From an uncultured Clostridia bacterium (GTDB lineage: Bacteria > Bacillota > Clostridia > Oscillospirales > Acutalibacteraceae), in NCBI GenBank assembly GCA_947171615.1, contig CAMVYG010000001.1:1-63326 (forward strand): a stretch of DNA of 63,326 nucleotides, written 5' to 3'. Of this stretch, positions 17,001 to 32,000 are shown one piece after another (position 1 is the first letter of the stretch; each line of letters starts with the position of its first letter). Under the pieces are notes generated by a model that saw only the letters and a program-made list of their open reading frames with translations, did no database searches and was not told the origin of the DNA. The position numbers and the translations under genes were made by a program.

Positions 17001-20000
17001 ACGGGGCTTTGCGCTCTGAGCACCACCTCAGACAGCTGCTCCTCTTCGATCTTATGATCGCTTGTGGTGATCTCCGCCTCGTCCTGAATGAACTCAGACA
17101 GGGCCGCGCGAACCCGGAACTGTCCGCCCCAGGCAAAGGTGCTTACCTTACCGTCGGAGGTCAGAGTAACATATTCAGGCACTTCGGAGAGCATGGTCCA
17201 GACAGGCGCGGTATGGGCAGGCTGCGCCATCTCGTTCCCGTACTGATCCAGGTACTTCACCTTCATCTGATAGTTGATGCTCATATAGGGCACAACCGTG
17301 GGATCGATCTTAATGCCAAAGCAAACACTGTCTTCTCTGGCAATATCCACTGTGGCGCTGCCGGAAACACCGGATCCGCGGTCTGCCACGGTGATCCGGA
17401 TATCCTTCGCCTCAAGGGCGGCGGAATCCACAGTGAACATACCGTTCCGGCCGGAGCCGGAGGCGGCAACGCTCGCAGGGGCGTTCTCAACACCCCATAC
17501 CAAATCCAAACCGGAGGTGATGGGGCGGCTGTACTGATCCAGCACCTCTGCGGTATATGCCACATTGGTTTTACCGCTTACCGGGATCATAACCGGACCG
17601 CTGCCGGTATTTCTGGTAACAGTGATGCCGGCGGGCACGGGAGTTTCCCCGGAAATGGTGATGGACTTCGTAACAGACTTTTCATCTGCCGTATAGGTCA
17701 CGGTGAAACCGGTCAAAGTATCATCGGTAATGGTCAGCTTACCCTGCTCATCAATGGCAACGCCGCTCTCGGGAGCTTCTATCTTCCAGCTGTCTCCCAG
17801 GGGGATATACCCTGCGATCTCCTCGTCAAACTGATCGAAGTACTGAGGAGTCAGAGTGGTATCGGCGCCGCGCCGTACAGCGGATTCCTGAATGCCGACC
17901 GAGGTAAGCTGCACACCGGCGCTGTAATCCCGGACCAGATCGAACTTCTGAGAACCGCTTACGCCGGAAGCATAGTCGCACAACCGGAGGGTGACCCCGG
18001 AGGCTTCCTTCGCCTTGGCGGGAACCTGCACAGTGACAACGCCGGCTTCATCGATCTCAAACGTTACGCCGGCAGGCGCGCCGAACAGCTCCCATTTCGC
18101 AGACGCGGGCATCTCTATCTCATCGCCGTACTGGTCATATGCCTTGGCGTCAAAGCCTGTCAGGCTAATGGCCTCAGTCGCCTGGATCAAGCCTCTGGAG
18201 GGGCCTGTCACCTTGATTTCGGAAATTCTCGGGGCTTCTCCTCTGGTGATGGTAACTTCCTTCTCAAAGGTTCTCTCCTTGCCGGTAGCATCCGTAAAGG
18301 TCACGGTGGCGGGGAATTTGATTATCTGCGTTTCCGCAGGGATCTCACCCAGCGTTCTGGTGCTTTCATCATAGGTCAGAGCCGCTTTCTGCTCTTCGGT
18401 AAGCTCCGGCAGAGTGGTCAGGTTTTCCAGATCCACCGCAATGGCATAGTTCTCCGGAAGCTCCATTTCCTCGCCGTACTGATCCAGGCCAACGGCGCTG
18501 AGCACTACAGAGGTTTTGTCCGGAGCGATCTGAACGGGTCTGACCGCCACATCCGTCAGCTTGCTTTCCTGACGGAGAATGGAGAAGGACGCAGTACCGC
18601 TTACCTTGGTTCCACTCTCCTGTGCGGTCACAGTAACGACCGGCGCCGCCTTGGCGGTTCTGGGTACTGTTACCGTAAGCTTTCCGGTGGTGCTGTCCAC
18701 TGTACAGGTCACATCGCTGGAAGCACCGTCCAAACTCCACAGGAAGCTGGGAGAATCAATATTCTTGCTTTCAGCCTGGAAGGTCAGCTTGACGGGAGTA
18801 TTCCCGGTAGGCACAGTGACAGGGCCGTCCACCTCACCGGGCTTCAGCACTCTGGTCACAGTCACTACAGGCGTGAGATCCGGCTGAGCCTGCTCTCTGT
18901 CAAAGGTCTTGCTGTCTTCAAAACGTCCGTCACTGGTGACCGCCTTTACGGTAACTTCCAAAGCATCCTGGAAGGTCAGCAGGCCGCTGCTGGAAACCAT
19001 GGGATCCACAGGGGCGGAAGCGGCATCGTCCATTGTTTTTCCAGTAATCTGGAACAGGGGAATAATGCCGTCGGGCTTATCCATCTTTGCGCCGTACTGG
19101 TCAATATAATTTACGACCAACTGAATGACGCCGTTATCGGTATCTCCGGCCTCCAGGGTGATCCCTGCAAGCTCGGAAGCCTTACGCACCAGATTTACTT
19201 CCACATCATCGGACAGGCTCTTATAGGAAGCCGTCACCTTTACCCCGTTCTTGGGAGCTGCATTGTTGGAGACCGTCAGGATACCAACGGTGGCATCCTC
19301 CTCGGAGGCCGTCATGCCGGCGCCGTTCACGGCGGGGACTGTCTTCCAGGTTACGGGGCTTTCCGCAGCGGGCGTTACCACGTTGCCGTGGGCGTCCAAA
19401 AGCTGAGCGCCAAAGCCGTAACGATCCTGGCCGGAAACGGGAATATAGATGGCTCCACTGCCCTTCAGGCGGGTCACATTGAGTTCCACCGCCTCCTCGG
19501 GCAAGAGATAGCTGGAATCACGGGCCAGATTTGCCGTGGCGCTCTGGCCGCCGGCAGCCACCTTCACTGTTACGCTGTCCACATCGGTGGGCACCCAAAG
19601 CACGCCGTTTCGGGCGTCGGACTCAGTCCGGAACGCGGCCTCGCGGGGCGTATCCACTCCCTCGGGAGGCGTGCCCTGCTGGGCGTCAATGCTCCACAGG
19701 GCGTCTGCCGGAGCGGGCATCGGCTCACCGTTCTGATCCAGGTACTTCACGCCCAGAGTCATGGAGAGATCTCCATTCTCCTTGGCAGGCAAAGCCTTGG
19801 ACGTGATCTCGATCCTGCTGAGCACCGGGGTCTCCTGACGCAGTGTGACCTGCTTCTTGCCGGTAATGGGACTGCTGCCTGTACCGGTAGCCAGCGTGAC
19901 CTGGACCACATCCTCTGTGGACGGGGTCTTAGCGGCATAAGTCACCTGCACGCCGTTTTTGCCGTTAGTAGTGATCGAGCCTACCTCTGTCTTCCAGCTG

Positions 20001-23000
20001 TAGGTACCGGCGGCAAAGGCTAATTTTCCGCCGTACTGATCCCGCACGATGCTGGTGAAGTTGGCGATTGTATCCTTTGTGCTGCTCAACTGTACCTCAT
20101 CCGGACCTGTCACAGACAGGTAGGAGGCCTTGGCGGGCTCATCACCTACCAGAATGGTCTTGGAAGCATGATAAGATGTGTCGTTCATCTCGGCATCTAC
20201 GCTCACCGTGATCTTCGCCGCATCGCCGGAGGACAGCATGCTGTCGTTATCACCGCCGTTTGCAAAGCTGGGCTTTACCGCATCCTCCGCAGCGGAGCGC
20301 AGTTCAAAGCTGTCCACATTCCACTGGGAGATCACAGAGCTGCCGCTTACATCCATCTCCATACCATACTGGTCTTTCCAGACAAGCTCCAGCTCTGTGG
20401 TGGACTGCGGCGCAACCATGTCGTTCCGGATCTCCACCGTATTGACAACAGAGCTTTCCTTTGTCAGTGTCAGAGATGCGGTACCGGACTTGGCGCTCTT
20501 GGGCTCGGTGGCCATGACGGTGACCGTTCCGGCAGCGGCGCTGCTCTGTACTGTAACAGAGCTTTGCGTCTGCTGTGTCTTCTGGATCTCCACACCAGTG
20601 GGCATATTTTCGATCTGCCAGTCACAGCCGCGATCCAGAATGATATTGCTGTATTCGTCCAGAATTCTGGCGCCGTAAATCAGGGTGGGAGGCGTTTCCG
20701 ACTGCTTGGGCACCGCTACGGTGGAAGAGCCGTAAATCTGATATACCTCTACCCGGTCTACCTTCTGCTCCAGATCGTCTATGACGGGAATTGCCTTTTC
20801 AGCAGAATCCACACCATCTGCCGTTACCATAACGGTCACTTCCGTGGCCGTCGGGCCGGGATAGAGAATTCCGTCGGCAGTGAGATAAGCGCCCGCACCT
20901 TCCGGCTTCTGGCCGGTAAGCGTCCAGCGCACATTGGCCGGAGTCGCCGCGGCATTGCCGAACTGATCCAAATATTTTGCGGTAAGCTGTACGGCTTTTC
21001 TCGGCACCTTGGCGCTGAGAACCTCTGCGTAAGCCAGTCTGGGCTCTTCCTCAACGAAGTCTACCGCAGCTGTACCGGACTTTGCGGTACCGATCCTGAC
21101 AGTACCCTCGATGCCTACCTGATTCTGGGGCTTCGCACCCTCTGCGGCAACGATGGCTCCTACCTTCGTGTCAGGTATGGAATAATTGTCAGGCGCCTTG
21201 CCAGTAAGCTTCCAGGTAACAGAATCACTCTCTCCGGGCAGCATCACATTGCCATACTGATCATATGCCGTGTAGCCGAACTCGGCGGTAGTGTCCCCCG
21301 TGTTGTTCAACGTGACGGAACCGTCTCCCAGATGGAAGACCTTTACATCAGTAAGCACATTTTTATAGTTGGGATCATCCTCGTGAACCACAGCCAGAGT
21401 CTTCGTATCCTGACAGGCAGAGCCGTAGCTTACCTGCACGTCAATAGAGTCAGCCTCATAGCCGGCTGTCAGATCCAGCCGACCATCACTGAAGAGCACT
21501 GCTTTGTCCGGGGTTCCCACCAAGGACCATACCGCCGTGGCAGGGGCTGCCACAGGCTGGCCGTACTGATCCTTGTATTGTGCCGCCAGCTGGGTCACAG
21601 CCTTATCCTGTGCCTGCTGGGTGGTGATCTGGACGCTGATCGCATAGCTTTCTCCGCGAACCAGATTCAGCACTGCTTCGCCGTACTTGCCGGTGGAGAT
21701 ATCCATAGCGGTAACACGGATTCCATCGGCAGGCTCCGCGTTTGCGCCCACTGTAACAACACCTGTATTCCGATCAATGGAAACGCCGCTGGGCGCGCCG
21801 GTAAGGCTCCAGGTCAAAGCGGGCTTGATCTCCTGTCCGAACTGATCCAGTACCGTTGCCTTATAGGTCACGGTTACGGGAGCGCTGGGCAGGATCTCTA
21901 CATTGCCGCTTCCGGAAACTCTGGTAACAGTAATACTTTCACTGCGGCTGTTCTCTTCCTGCTCGCTGGTAATGCGGGCAGCCGCCTCCAGGGTATTCCC
22001 GCCCATAGCGGCCTGTGCCTTTACATCGGCATACTCGCAGCCGTTCATGGTAAGGTCGGTCTCATCGCCTGCCGGCGTGAGAACAGGAGTGCTTCCGTTT
22101 GCATCAAAATCACCCAAAGACCAGGTGACGCCGGTCACCTCTGCGGGCTTGGGCATTTCCTTGCCGTACTGGTCGAAATAGACCGTATGCAGCCGTCCCT
22201 GACCATTCTTCACTGCCTGGGGCGCGATGCCCAGCGTGGTAAGGATTGAAGGCGCTGCCTCAACTTTTATCTTGGTCTTGCCGGTTATGCTGGTTTCCGC
22301 CTGAGTCAGCGTTACGATAACCTCGGAACCGGACTCCGCGCCGGATTCCACAGACAGCACCGCAGTTCCGTCCTTATCCGGGTTTTCTTCCAGGGTGATC
22401 CCCTTGCCGGCGCCGGAAAGGCTCCAGTAAGTGTTCTGGTAAGGCGCTGTCACAACCTCGCCGTACTGATCCAGCACGGTAGCCGTGATCTTGGAAACAG
22501 CCGGTTGTTCACCCTTCGCGGGTATGATCAGCTGATTGGAGTCCGCACTCAGAGCAATGCTCGCAATGCGGGGCAGATCGCCCTTTGTCAGGGTCTTGCG
22601 CACGGTGGTGCCGCCGATCACGACCTCCACTGTAACACTGGTGGTATTTTCGCGATCATAATGGAGCACATCACCTGCTACATATACCTGACTGGCGCTG
22701 CCGCCTTCCCAGGTGATCACGCTGTAAATCGGTGTGCCGAGACCGGACATGGGATTTCCATACTGGTCTATGGCAACAGCGGACAACGTAATGGAACTCT
22801 TGGTGGGATTCAACGCCGAGGGTGAAAGGATAATATCCTTCAGCTTCGGCATATTGGTAATGACCATCAGGTCGGCGCTGCCCGACTTCCGGGTATTCCG
22901 ATCAGCGGCCACCACCTTATAGGTGTCGGGAGCTTCCTCTGCTCCTACGGTAACAACGCCGTTCTGGTTGATCGCACTGTCTCTGGGACTGCCTTCCAGG

Positions 23001-26000
23001 CTCCACACCTCATCCATGGGATAAAGGCTGCCATACTGATCATAGCCCTCTGCCTTATAGGAGGCAACGGCGGGTCCGATCACTGCGGCGGCTCCGCCTA
23101 TCTGATCCACCTTAACGGTAGTCAGTTCAGGCTCGCCCTCTTCCACAATCGTAAGCCAACCGGTTCCGGTAGCGCCTTCTGCCGTGATGCTGACCTGGAT
23201 CTTAGCCTTATCGTCTTTCAGATCCTCAGGAGAAATAGGCTCTATGGTAAGCAAACCGGTGTTTTCGTCCAGGGAGATTAGTTCGCCCAAAACAACCTGC
23301 TTGCCTTCTTCGTTTGTCACCATGATGTTGCTGGTGTAGATATTTTTCCAGACGGGAGTTCCCAGGTAGACCATTTCCTGACCATACTGGTCATAGTACA
23401 GGGCGGTCAACTGGGTGGCGGTGCCCGGGCGTACCTTCTCCTGAAGCAGGCCGGTGGAGGTGAGCACGCTTTCTTCCTTGCTGGTGGCAAAGGAAGCTTC
23501 GCCATATACGCTGCCGATCGCCGCCCGCACCTTGATCACGTTCTGCACGGGAGCCTTGGGCGTGATGGTGACAAGGCCTGCGTTATCCACTGTAATGCTG
23601 GTCTTATCGAGAATATCTTCAATGGACCAATCACATTGCTGTCCGCTCATTTCCTGACCGTACTGGTCATAGACGGAAGCCTGGAACTGTACGGTGGCAG
23701 TTCCCTGCTGCAGCGTGGGAATGGACATCACAGCGCTGCCGGAAACCCGCTTTACGGAAATTTCAGCCGGAACAGGCTCACCCAGATCCTTCACAGACAG
23801 GGTCTTGGAAATCTTCAGACCGGATTCCCGATCTTCTACTGTTACCTCTACATCCTTCAACTGCTTATCATAAGTAAGCTGATCACTGCTCACAGCGGCA
23901 TGGTCGCCTGCGGGCGTTATCTTGCCGAGAGTCCACAGGAAGGTTCTGCCCTCCATTTCAGAGCCGTACTGATCCTGCGCGATCGCCTTCAGCGTTACAG
24001 TATTGTTTTCACCGGTAACAACGGGCAGGGAAGAATTCTTAATGGCAATGGATGTGATCTTTCTCGCTTCTCTGCGCACAGTGAGCAGATCGTAAGAGGA
24101 AACGCCGTTTTCTCTGGCAGTGGCCGTTACCTTGATACCGGTCACGCTCTCCGCGCCCGGCTCTACCGTTACAACGCCCCGGCCCTTTCCGTTCTCACCC
24201 TGATCGGGCGCAACGGATACACCTGCACCGGCGCCGTTTAAGGTCCACACGACCTCATCGGCCTCAGGGGTCCAGGAAGTACCGTATTGGTCATAGAAGG
24301 TAGCGGAGAACACCGCCTCCTTGCTGATGGCCAAAGTGCCTATGGCGGGTACAATAATATCTCCTGTACCGTCGATCCGCTTTACCTCCACCCTGGCTAC
24401 ATAGGGATCCAGGCCCACCGGCAGCGTCTTCTTCGGTGAAATCTTGCCGGTACCGGCATCCTTCACCAACACCGTCACAGAGGTGGTTTCGGAGGAAAGG
24501 TTCAACTGGCCTGTAGTTTCGCCAATAGTCGCGCCCTCCGGCACGGAAGAATCCAGCGTCCATCTGGGAGATGCCGCCTCATAGTTCATTTCCGTACCGT
24601 ACTGATCCAAATATTTCGCGGTCAGCGTGGGCTTCAGGTCTCCGGCGGGGATCGCATCCTCGCGAACTTCCAGACTGGTGAATTCAGAAGGACGGCGCTT
24701 TGTCACAAATTTCGCCGTTCCGAACGCACCGGATTTCGTTTCGGTGGCTGTCACCTCAATGGTGACGGCATCTGCCGCGGCGCTGGTCACAGTGACAACG
24801 CCGGTATTCTCATCCATGGTAACGCCCGGGTGGCTGCCGTTAAGCTTCCAGGAAATCTCGGGCGTTCCCTCTACGGGATACTCGTCGCCGTACTGATCCA
24901 GATACTTCTTCACCACATAGCTGAACTGATTGTCCGCCTTACCGGGCTCCGGTACGGCTACAACCTGATCAGCCGGCTGTTTCTCCAGCACCAGAGTGGT
25001 GAGATACCGCTCCGTAGTATCTCCAAAGGTCATGGTGGAGATGGGAGAAGTCTTTTCACCGTCTGTTACATGTACGGACAGGGACTTTGCGCCCTTATAA
25101 GTGAACTTCGCCGGATTTTCGGTTTTGTTCGCCATCTCTATGGAGCTGTCGGGCGTTACTGAGTACAGGGTCCACAGGCAATTTGCCGGAGTCTCCTGCT
25201 CAAAGAGATCGCCATACTGGTCACGGTATACAGCAGTAAGCTGACCGTCCTGAGGCGGCAGAACAGCGCCATCCTCTTTCACGGTAAGATACCACTTCTT
25301 CGGATCGGAACGATATGTGTCAAAGAAGAGAGTACCTTTGGTATTGCCCTCTGCGGAAACCTCAATTTCAATATCGGTCTCCTGAGGCGCCCCGGAGGTT
25401 ACCGTGACGATCCCATGGTTTTTATCCGCCGCATCGCCCACAACGGTCACGCCGTCGATAGGTGTTTTCACCTGCCAGCTGAAATCGCCGGTATAGGCGG
25501 TGTACTCGTTTCCGTACTGATCCACAGGAGTTACCGTCAGGTTCAGCTTTTCCTCGCCGTCCCTGATCTCCGTAACACCGGATGACTTATCCTCAACCTT
25601 AGCGGGTACGTCTATATAGTTCTTATCCGCCGTTACTCTCAAAGCCGCCAGTCTGGGCGGTAAGCCCACCTTCAGCCTGGTAACCTCAGAGCTCTTGATA
25701 TCGTATCCGGTATCATAATCTCTTACCGTTACCTGAACATCCACAGTCTCCAGCGTATCGATCAGGGGAGTCAGCAGACCGTCGGTAGAAAGGGTCACCG
25801 TAGGAGCCTCTGCTGTACCCTGAGGATTGGAGTCCAGCTTCTCCCAATACAGAATGCCGGGATCTTCCATCACGGTACCGTACTGGTCGTAGCAAATGGC
25901 TCTCAGCTGCGTGGTCACATCCGCGCCGGGCGCAAACTCAAACTGTATCGGCGCGATCTGGATCCTATCCAGTACCGACTTGCCGTGTACCGTGTTGAAG

Positions 26001-29000
26001 GTAGTGCTGCCGTTGACGCCGCTCTGATGCATAGCCACCACGCGGATCCCGTTCTTGGCAGGAGCTTCTTTTGTGACCAAAACCGTTCCAACAGCGGGAT
26101 CAATGGTGATGCCGTCATAATTATCCGGCAGCAGCCATTTCACCGCTTCGTTCTTCATGATCGTGCCGAACTGATCCAGCACAGTAGCTGCAAAGGAGGC
26201 GCTGGATCTGCCGCTTCCGGCAGGTACCATAATGTTGCCCTCTCCATCGGTACGGCGTACCGTAATGGAGTCCACCTTCGCGGCTATATCGGTAACCTTT
26301 ACCTTCTTCGTATCGGAAATGCCGGGCTTACCACTGTCCAGCGTAACAGTTGCCGTGCCGTCCATTTTGAGCAGGCCGGTCTTCGCGTCAATGCTGGCGG
26401 CAGCGCCGCTTTCCAGGGCCACAGACCAGGCCGCTTCCTTGGGAGCAGCCATTTCCTTGCCGTACTGGTCGATATACCGGGCATTTAAGAGTACGCCGGT
26501 GGTAGCCGCCTCTTTCGGCAGCAGATAATAGTCGTCCTCTTTCTGGGTGAGCAGGATCTCAACCTGCTTCAATTCACTCTCTTCCCGCAAAGCCTTAAAG
26601 GAAGCGGTACCGGGCCGGGCAACGCCATCCTTGCTGGAGGCCTTTACAGTCACGGTTCCGCCTGCGGTCAGGGAGTTTACAGCTACCTTGCCGCTGTCCT
26701 GGCCAACAGATACTCCGTCAGCCGGCGGGTCAATGGTAAAGATGATATTTTCAGTCTTATCCCACTTCCGGCCGTACTGGTCCAGCGGCTGAGCTTTCGC
26801 GTAAATCGCGGCGTCAGGCTCACCCTGCTTCGGTACAGCCTGCTCCGTCACCTCGTTGCCCGCTTCATCTTCCAGAGTAACGGCGATTTTACTGAACTTC
26901 GCCTCAGCACCCACTGTCAGGGTAACGATATCCTCAAAGGTACGGGCATTCCCGATATCATCCTTCTGCTCTGGATCGGTCACCACAGCCTTTACCGTAA
27001 TGGAGGTGGCTCCGTTGCGGGCCAGCAGACCGCTGCTCCTGTCAATGGAGGGGTTCGCCCCGGCAGGCTCTGTTTTGCTCTGGTCGATAGACCATTCCAC
27101 CGTAGCCTGTTCGGGCTTTTCGATCTGCTTATTCTCCAGATTATAATAGGCAAGCTGCATGGGCATTGCGCCGTCGTCAGGCGGCATCTGCCGGCTGGTG
27201 ATCTTTACATGATCCAACAGGAGATCGGCAGAATCCGGCCTATCCAGCTTCAGCCAGAAGGTATCGTCATAAAGGCCGGTATTTCTTCCAACAGCCTTTA
27301 CCTGCACCATTTCGGGCCTGGCCTGGGCGGTAACTATCACCATGCCGGTTTCGTAATTGATGCTTACCGTACTGTCGGAGATATTCTCCAGGCTCCAGTA
27401 ATACTGCTCTGTACCAAACACGGGATCCGTGTACAGTCTGTTATACTGGTCGTACAGCTTGGCGGTCATCGCCTCATAGAAGGGGTTGACATCCGGGATC
27501 TGAATGGCGTTTACCTTGCCGTTTAAGCGGGATACCTTGATATGATCCGCTCTGGCGGCATCGCCGGCAACCAGATTGGCGTCATCCGTCAGTTCGATCT
27601 CTTTTCCTTCATGATTTGTGTACACTACCTTTACGGTAACATCAACAGGACTGTTATCCGGACCGAAATGGAACAGTCCCTTATCGTCTACATGTCCTGC
27701 GGGCACACTGCTCCAGGTAAACTTCGCGCCAGCGGGCTCGGCAATGATATTCCCGTACTGGTCGTAATAGGTCAGGGTCAACTGGCCGTCCTGGGTATCG
27801 GCCGGGAAACCGATCTCATTGATCTCAACTTTAGCGGCATAAGATTTCTCATATACCGTTTCCGCCACCAGGCTGCCGATTACTGTTCCCTCTACGGGAT
27901 TGCCGTCGTTATCATAGCGCGTGGTGGGGGTGGTGGCCTCAATCGTGATAAAGGTACCCTCTACCGCACCCTTGGGAACAGTCAGGATCGCATGATCCTT
28001 CTTTTCCTGTCTTTCAATGGTCAAATCTGTAATATAGTTGCTGTGAGCTTCCCATACCGGCTCACCCACATCGTTCCAGGGGCGTCCGTACTGATCAAAG
28101 CCATAGCAAATATATTCTTTTTCCGTCTTTTCCTTCTCATGGTCTATCAGGATCCCCTTATCGCCCCAGACCTCGATCTGCTCGGCGCCTGTGATCTTCA
28201 TGGTATCCAGATAGGCTCTTTGACCCAGGGTAAGAGTCTGATCCGGCGAAACAATACCGTCCACCTCTACCTTGACAACTACCTTTTCGGAGCGATTCAT
28301 GGTGAGCTTACCGTCAGAGGTAAGCACCGCGTCCTCGCCCTTGTCAACCAACGTCCAGACAGGAGGATTCTGAGGCAGATAATCGAATACGGTGTTATAC
28401 TGATCCACCACCTCATAGCTCAGCTGGAAGTTCTCCTCCGGCGGGACCTGCCGGTCCTTTACCCTGACGCTCTTCAGCACAGAGGGCTTCCGAACCAGGG
28501 TAACAACGTCGGACTTCGCCAGACCGGACTCTCTTTCTGTTGCCGTGATCGTTACTTCCTGATAGTTTCCGGGAGCCTTGCTGGTAATTACAAACGCGGC
28601 GGTATTGCCCGCTGTATTCAGCGTAACGCCTTCCAGATTGGCCGGGCTCATCTGCCAGATAATATTGCTGGAATCCAGTTCTTCGTCAAACTGATTCACC
28701 ACCGTGGTGGTATAGGACACCAGCGTGGTCTGATCCTGGCCGTTTACAGGCTCGGGAACCAGAACCGGGTCGCCGCCGACACGATTCAGCTCAATCTTAT
28801 AGGGCTTTTCATCATCACCGAAGGTGATCCGGTGATTCTGTTCGGAAAGGTGAATGCCGTCCGTATCGTCGTCATAAGCTACGTCGATATAGACCTCTTC
28901 TTCCGTACCATCCAGGGTCAGCGCGCCTCGGGAGGGATCGGCGATCACAACGGAGCCCTCCGGCGTAACTCTTTCCTTGCCGTCTCCGTCCTCGGAAATA

Positions 29001-32000
29001 TTCCAATGATACGTTCCAACGCCGATGGCCGGAGAGGGCATCCGATCTCCATACTGGTCATAGAAGAGAGGCGTAAGCTCCAGACCGGGATGAACGATCT
29101 GGCGCAGGTACTTTTCACGCACACTGATGCCGGAAAGCTTACTGTCCTTATGGCGGACAGACAGCTCTATGGACGCATAGAGATCTCTGACCTCGTTTTT
29201 ACCGTCTTCATGCACCTTATCCACAATGGACAGCTGCACGCCCACGTTGATGTGATCCTTTTTGGGAGCGCCGGTCTCAACCTGTATGGTCGCGGTACGC
29301 TGGTCTTCTCCGGCAGCGGTTTTCAGCGACACAGTCTGTTCGTTGTTATCGCTATAGCTCCAGATAAAGTCCTTTTTATACGTTTCCGCCCAGGGATTGC
29401 CTGCGCCGTCCAGCTTCCGTCCGTACTGGTCATACGCTTCTACGGTTACCCATGCCGATTTGGCCGCGGAACCGTGCTTTGCTTCCGGCACTGTTACGGA
29501 AATTCCGTTTTCTGTAACGGCCACATCAGGATCAATGCCTGTGTCAGGCACGATCTCCAGACGAACCGCTTTTGCTTCGCCACCCAAACGAATGGCAGCG
29601 GGCTTGGACTCCCGGAACGCTTCGTCTCCAGCTCCCGCAGGCTTGGCCCATACGCGCACCAAGACCGTATCGCCTACCTGCATGGCGGGCTTTCCCTCCG
29701 CCGGAACCTTCGTCCAGGAAAGCCAGCCGCTGTTTTCAACCAGAATGGGAGGATTCTCCTTGACAGAGTCCGGATAATCCAACAGTTCCCACCGGAAGTC
29801 ATAGCCGTTGTTCAGGGTAACAGAATCTCCAAGGACCTGCCCGTGCTCGTCAATGGCAGACGCCTTCAGACGGAATGTGCCATCGTCAAAGGGCACAGCC
29901 AGGGTATCCACACGCACGCCTGCAAAGGCGTTATCGCTTTCATAATCAGTAACAAACCAGGCGGTACCGGACACAATGCCCGTATTGCTGCTGGCCTTTA
30001 CCGTTACGGTTCTATTCTTGGGGGCAGAGCTGGAAATCAATACTCTACCGCCCTGGTTCACGGAAATACCGGAAATAGTGGGGTCAAGCTCCCAAATGAA
30101 GGGAGCACCCAGTTCCATTTCAAAGCCATACTGGTCGTAGGCCTTGGCAACAAACTGTTTGGCCTCATACTGCTCCTTGCCGCCCTGATAAGAGGGAACC
30201 TCCACGGTAAAGCCGTCCTTCAGTCCGGTGGCTTCCTCCACCTTGATGCTGGACAGGCTCTGCGCCTGGCCTACCTGGAAGGTCTTGACAGGAGAAGCGA
30301 TCACTTTTTTGTTGGAAACGGTAGCTACCTGCACAGTAAATTCAACGGTGGTATCCTTCACTGTCACCTTACCATCCGAAGTAAGCTTCACTGTTCCCGC
30401 AGGCACGGCATTTTCCAGGTTCCACTGGCAAACACCGCCATAAACCATTTCCTGATCATACTGGTCATAGAACTTCGCCGTCAGCTGCAGATCCTTCGCA
30501 TCAGAGGGGATCTTGGCGGGGTCCGTGCCCTCCGGCTGGATAACGATATTCTTGAGCGCAGGCATCTCTCTGACAACAGTTACGTTTTTGGCGTCAGAAA
30601 GCGTCTTCCCGCCGGTATTGTGGGTCGCTGTGATCTCCATCTGGAGAGGCAGCTTTGCAAGAGCGGCGGCTTCGTCCGTTACGGTCAGCTTACCGGTGGC
30701 GGTATCAAAGGAAATGCCGCAGTCTGCCGGCAGGCCGGTCACGGTATAATTCACCGCAATGCCGGTCTTCTCATCACCTGCCGCCGTATACGCCTTTACA
30801 GGATAGTCCGCTGTCTTTGCGGGGTCTCCGGGCAGAGGAGCATACACGGTCTCAAGACCGCTCATTCCAACAGATACAAGGGCATCGCTGCTTTCATCAC
30901 CCACTGTAATTTTGGCGGTGGGTGATGTCACACCCTTGGCTGTGACATAGACAACCGCATAACCGTCCCTGTCGTCAATATACAGCTGGTCGCCCTTCAG
31001 TGTGGTCTTATCACTGGAGCTTTCCGCCATGACCCAGATAGAAGCCCCTTTGTAATCGATGGCTTCGCCGTACTGGTCTTTATACTCTGCCAGCAGCGTA
31101 CCGGTTCTGGTATCCGCAGGCACTTTTTCAGTAAGAACATTGATAAAGCTGAGCTTTCTGTCCGCTTTGCGCAAAGTCAGATAGGCAACACCGCGCACGT
31201 TGCTGAGAGAATCCACCGCAACGATCTCAATGGTGCCCTCCTGGGCGCTGCTGTCTACAGAAACCACACCGCCGCTGCTGATAGAAACGCCGGCGGGATT
31301 CCCGCTGATATTCCAGAAGAAGCTGCCTGTCATCTCCTGATGATACTGGTCGAAGACCTTGGCCTGGAATACCGCGAAAGCGCTGTCATACAGGCCGGGG
31401 ATAATAACGTCTCCATCCGGTCCCTTCCGGGTTACTTCCACAGTGGTAGCCTGGCGCTCTCCGCCGCCTACAGGCAGCGCGACTACAGCGGGGGCAATGG
31501 TTTCGCCTACAGCCGTAACACGCACAGTTACCTCTGTTACATCGTCTCTCAGGATCTCAAATACGCCGGACTCATTCACCGTTACACTGTTTTGGGGATG
31601 GCTTCCCACCACTTCCCAGAACACAGGGCCGGAATGCTCTATTTCTTTGCCATACTGGTCATAGAACACAGGCGTCAGGGTAAAGCTGCGCTTTCCGCCC
31701 GGTACGCCGGTTTCCCGCACGCCAATGGCGGACAGCACACTGTCTGCATAGGTCAGATCCACCATCAGACTGCCGGAAATACCCGCCGCTTCAGAAACCG
31801 CCACTACCTTGATATTCCGGGTAGCGACAACATCCTGACGCACGGTCACTCTGCCGGTGGAGGCGTTGATCGCCATACCCTCCGGAGCGCCCTCCAGCTT
31901 CCAGGTAAATACGGCGGAGAACTCATTGCCGTACTGGTCGTATCCTACGGCGGTATAGCGCTCCGGCTGGGGCTCCGCGCCCGGCACCAGGGCGATCTCC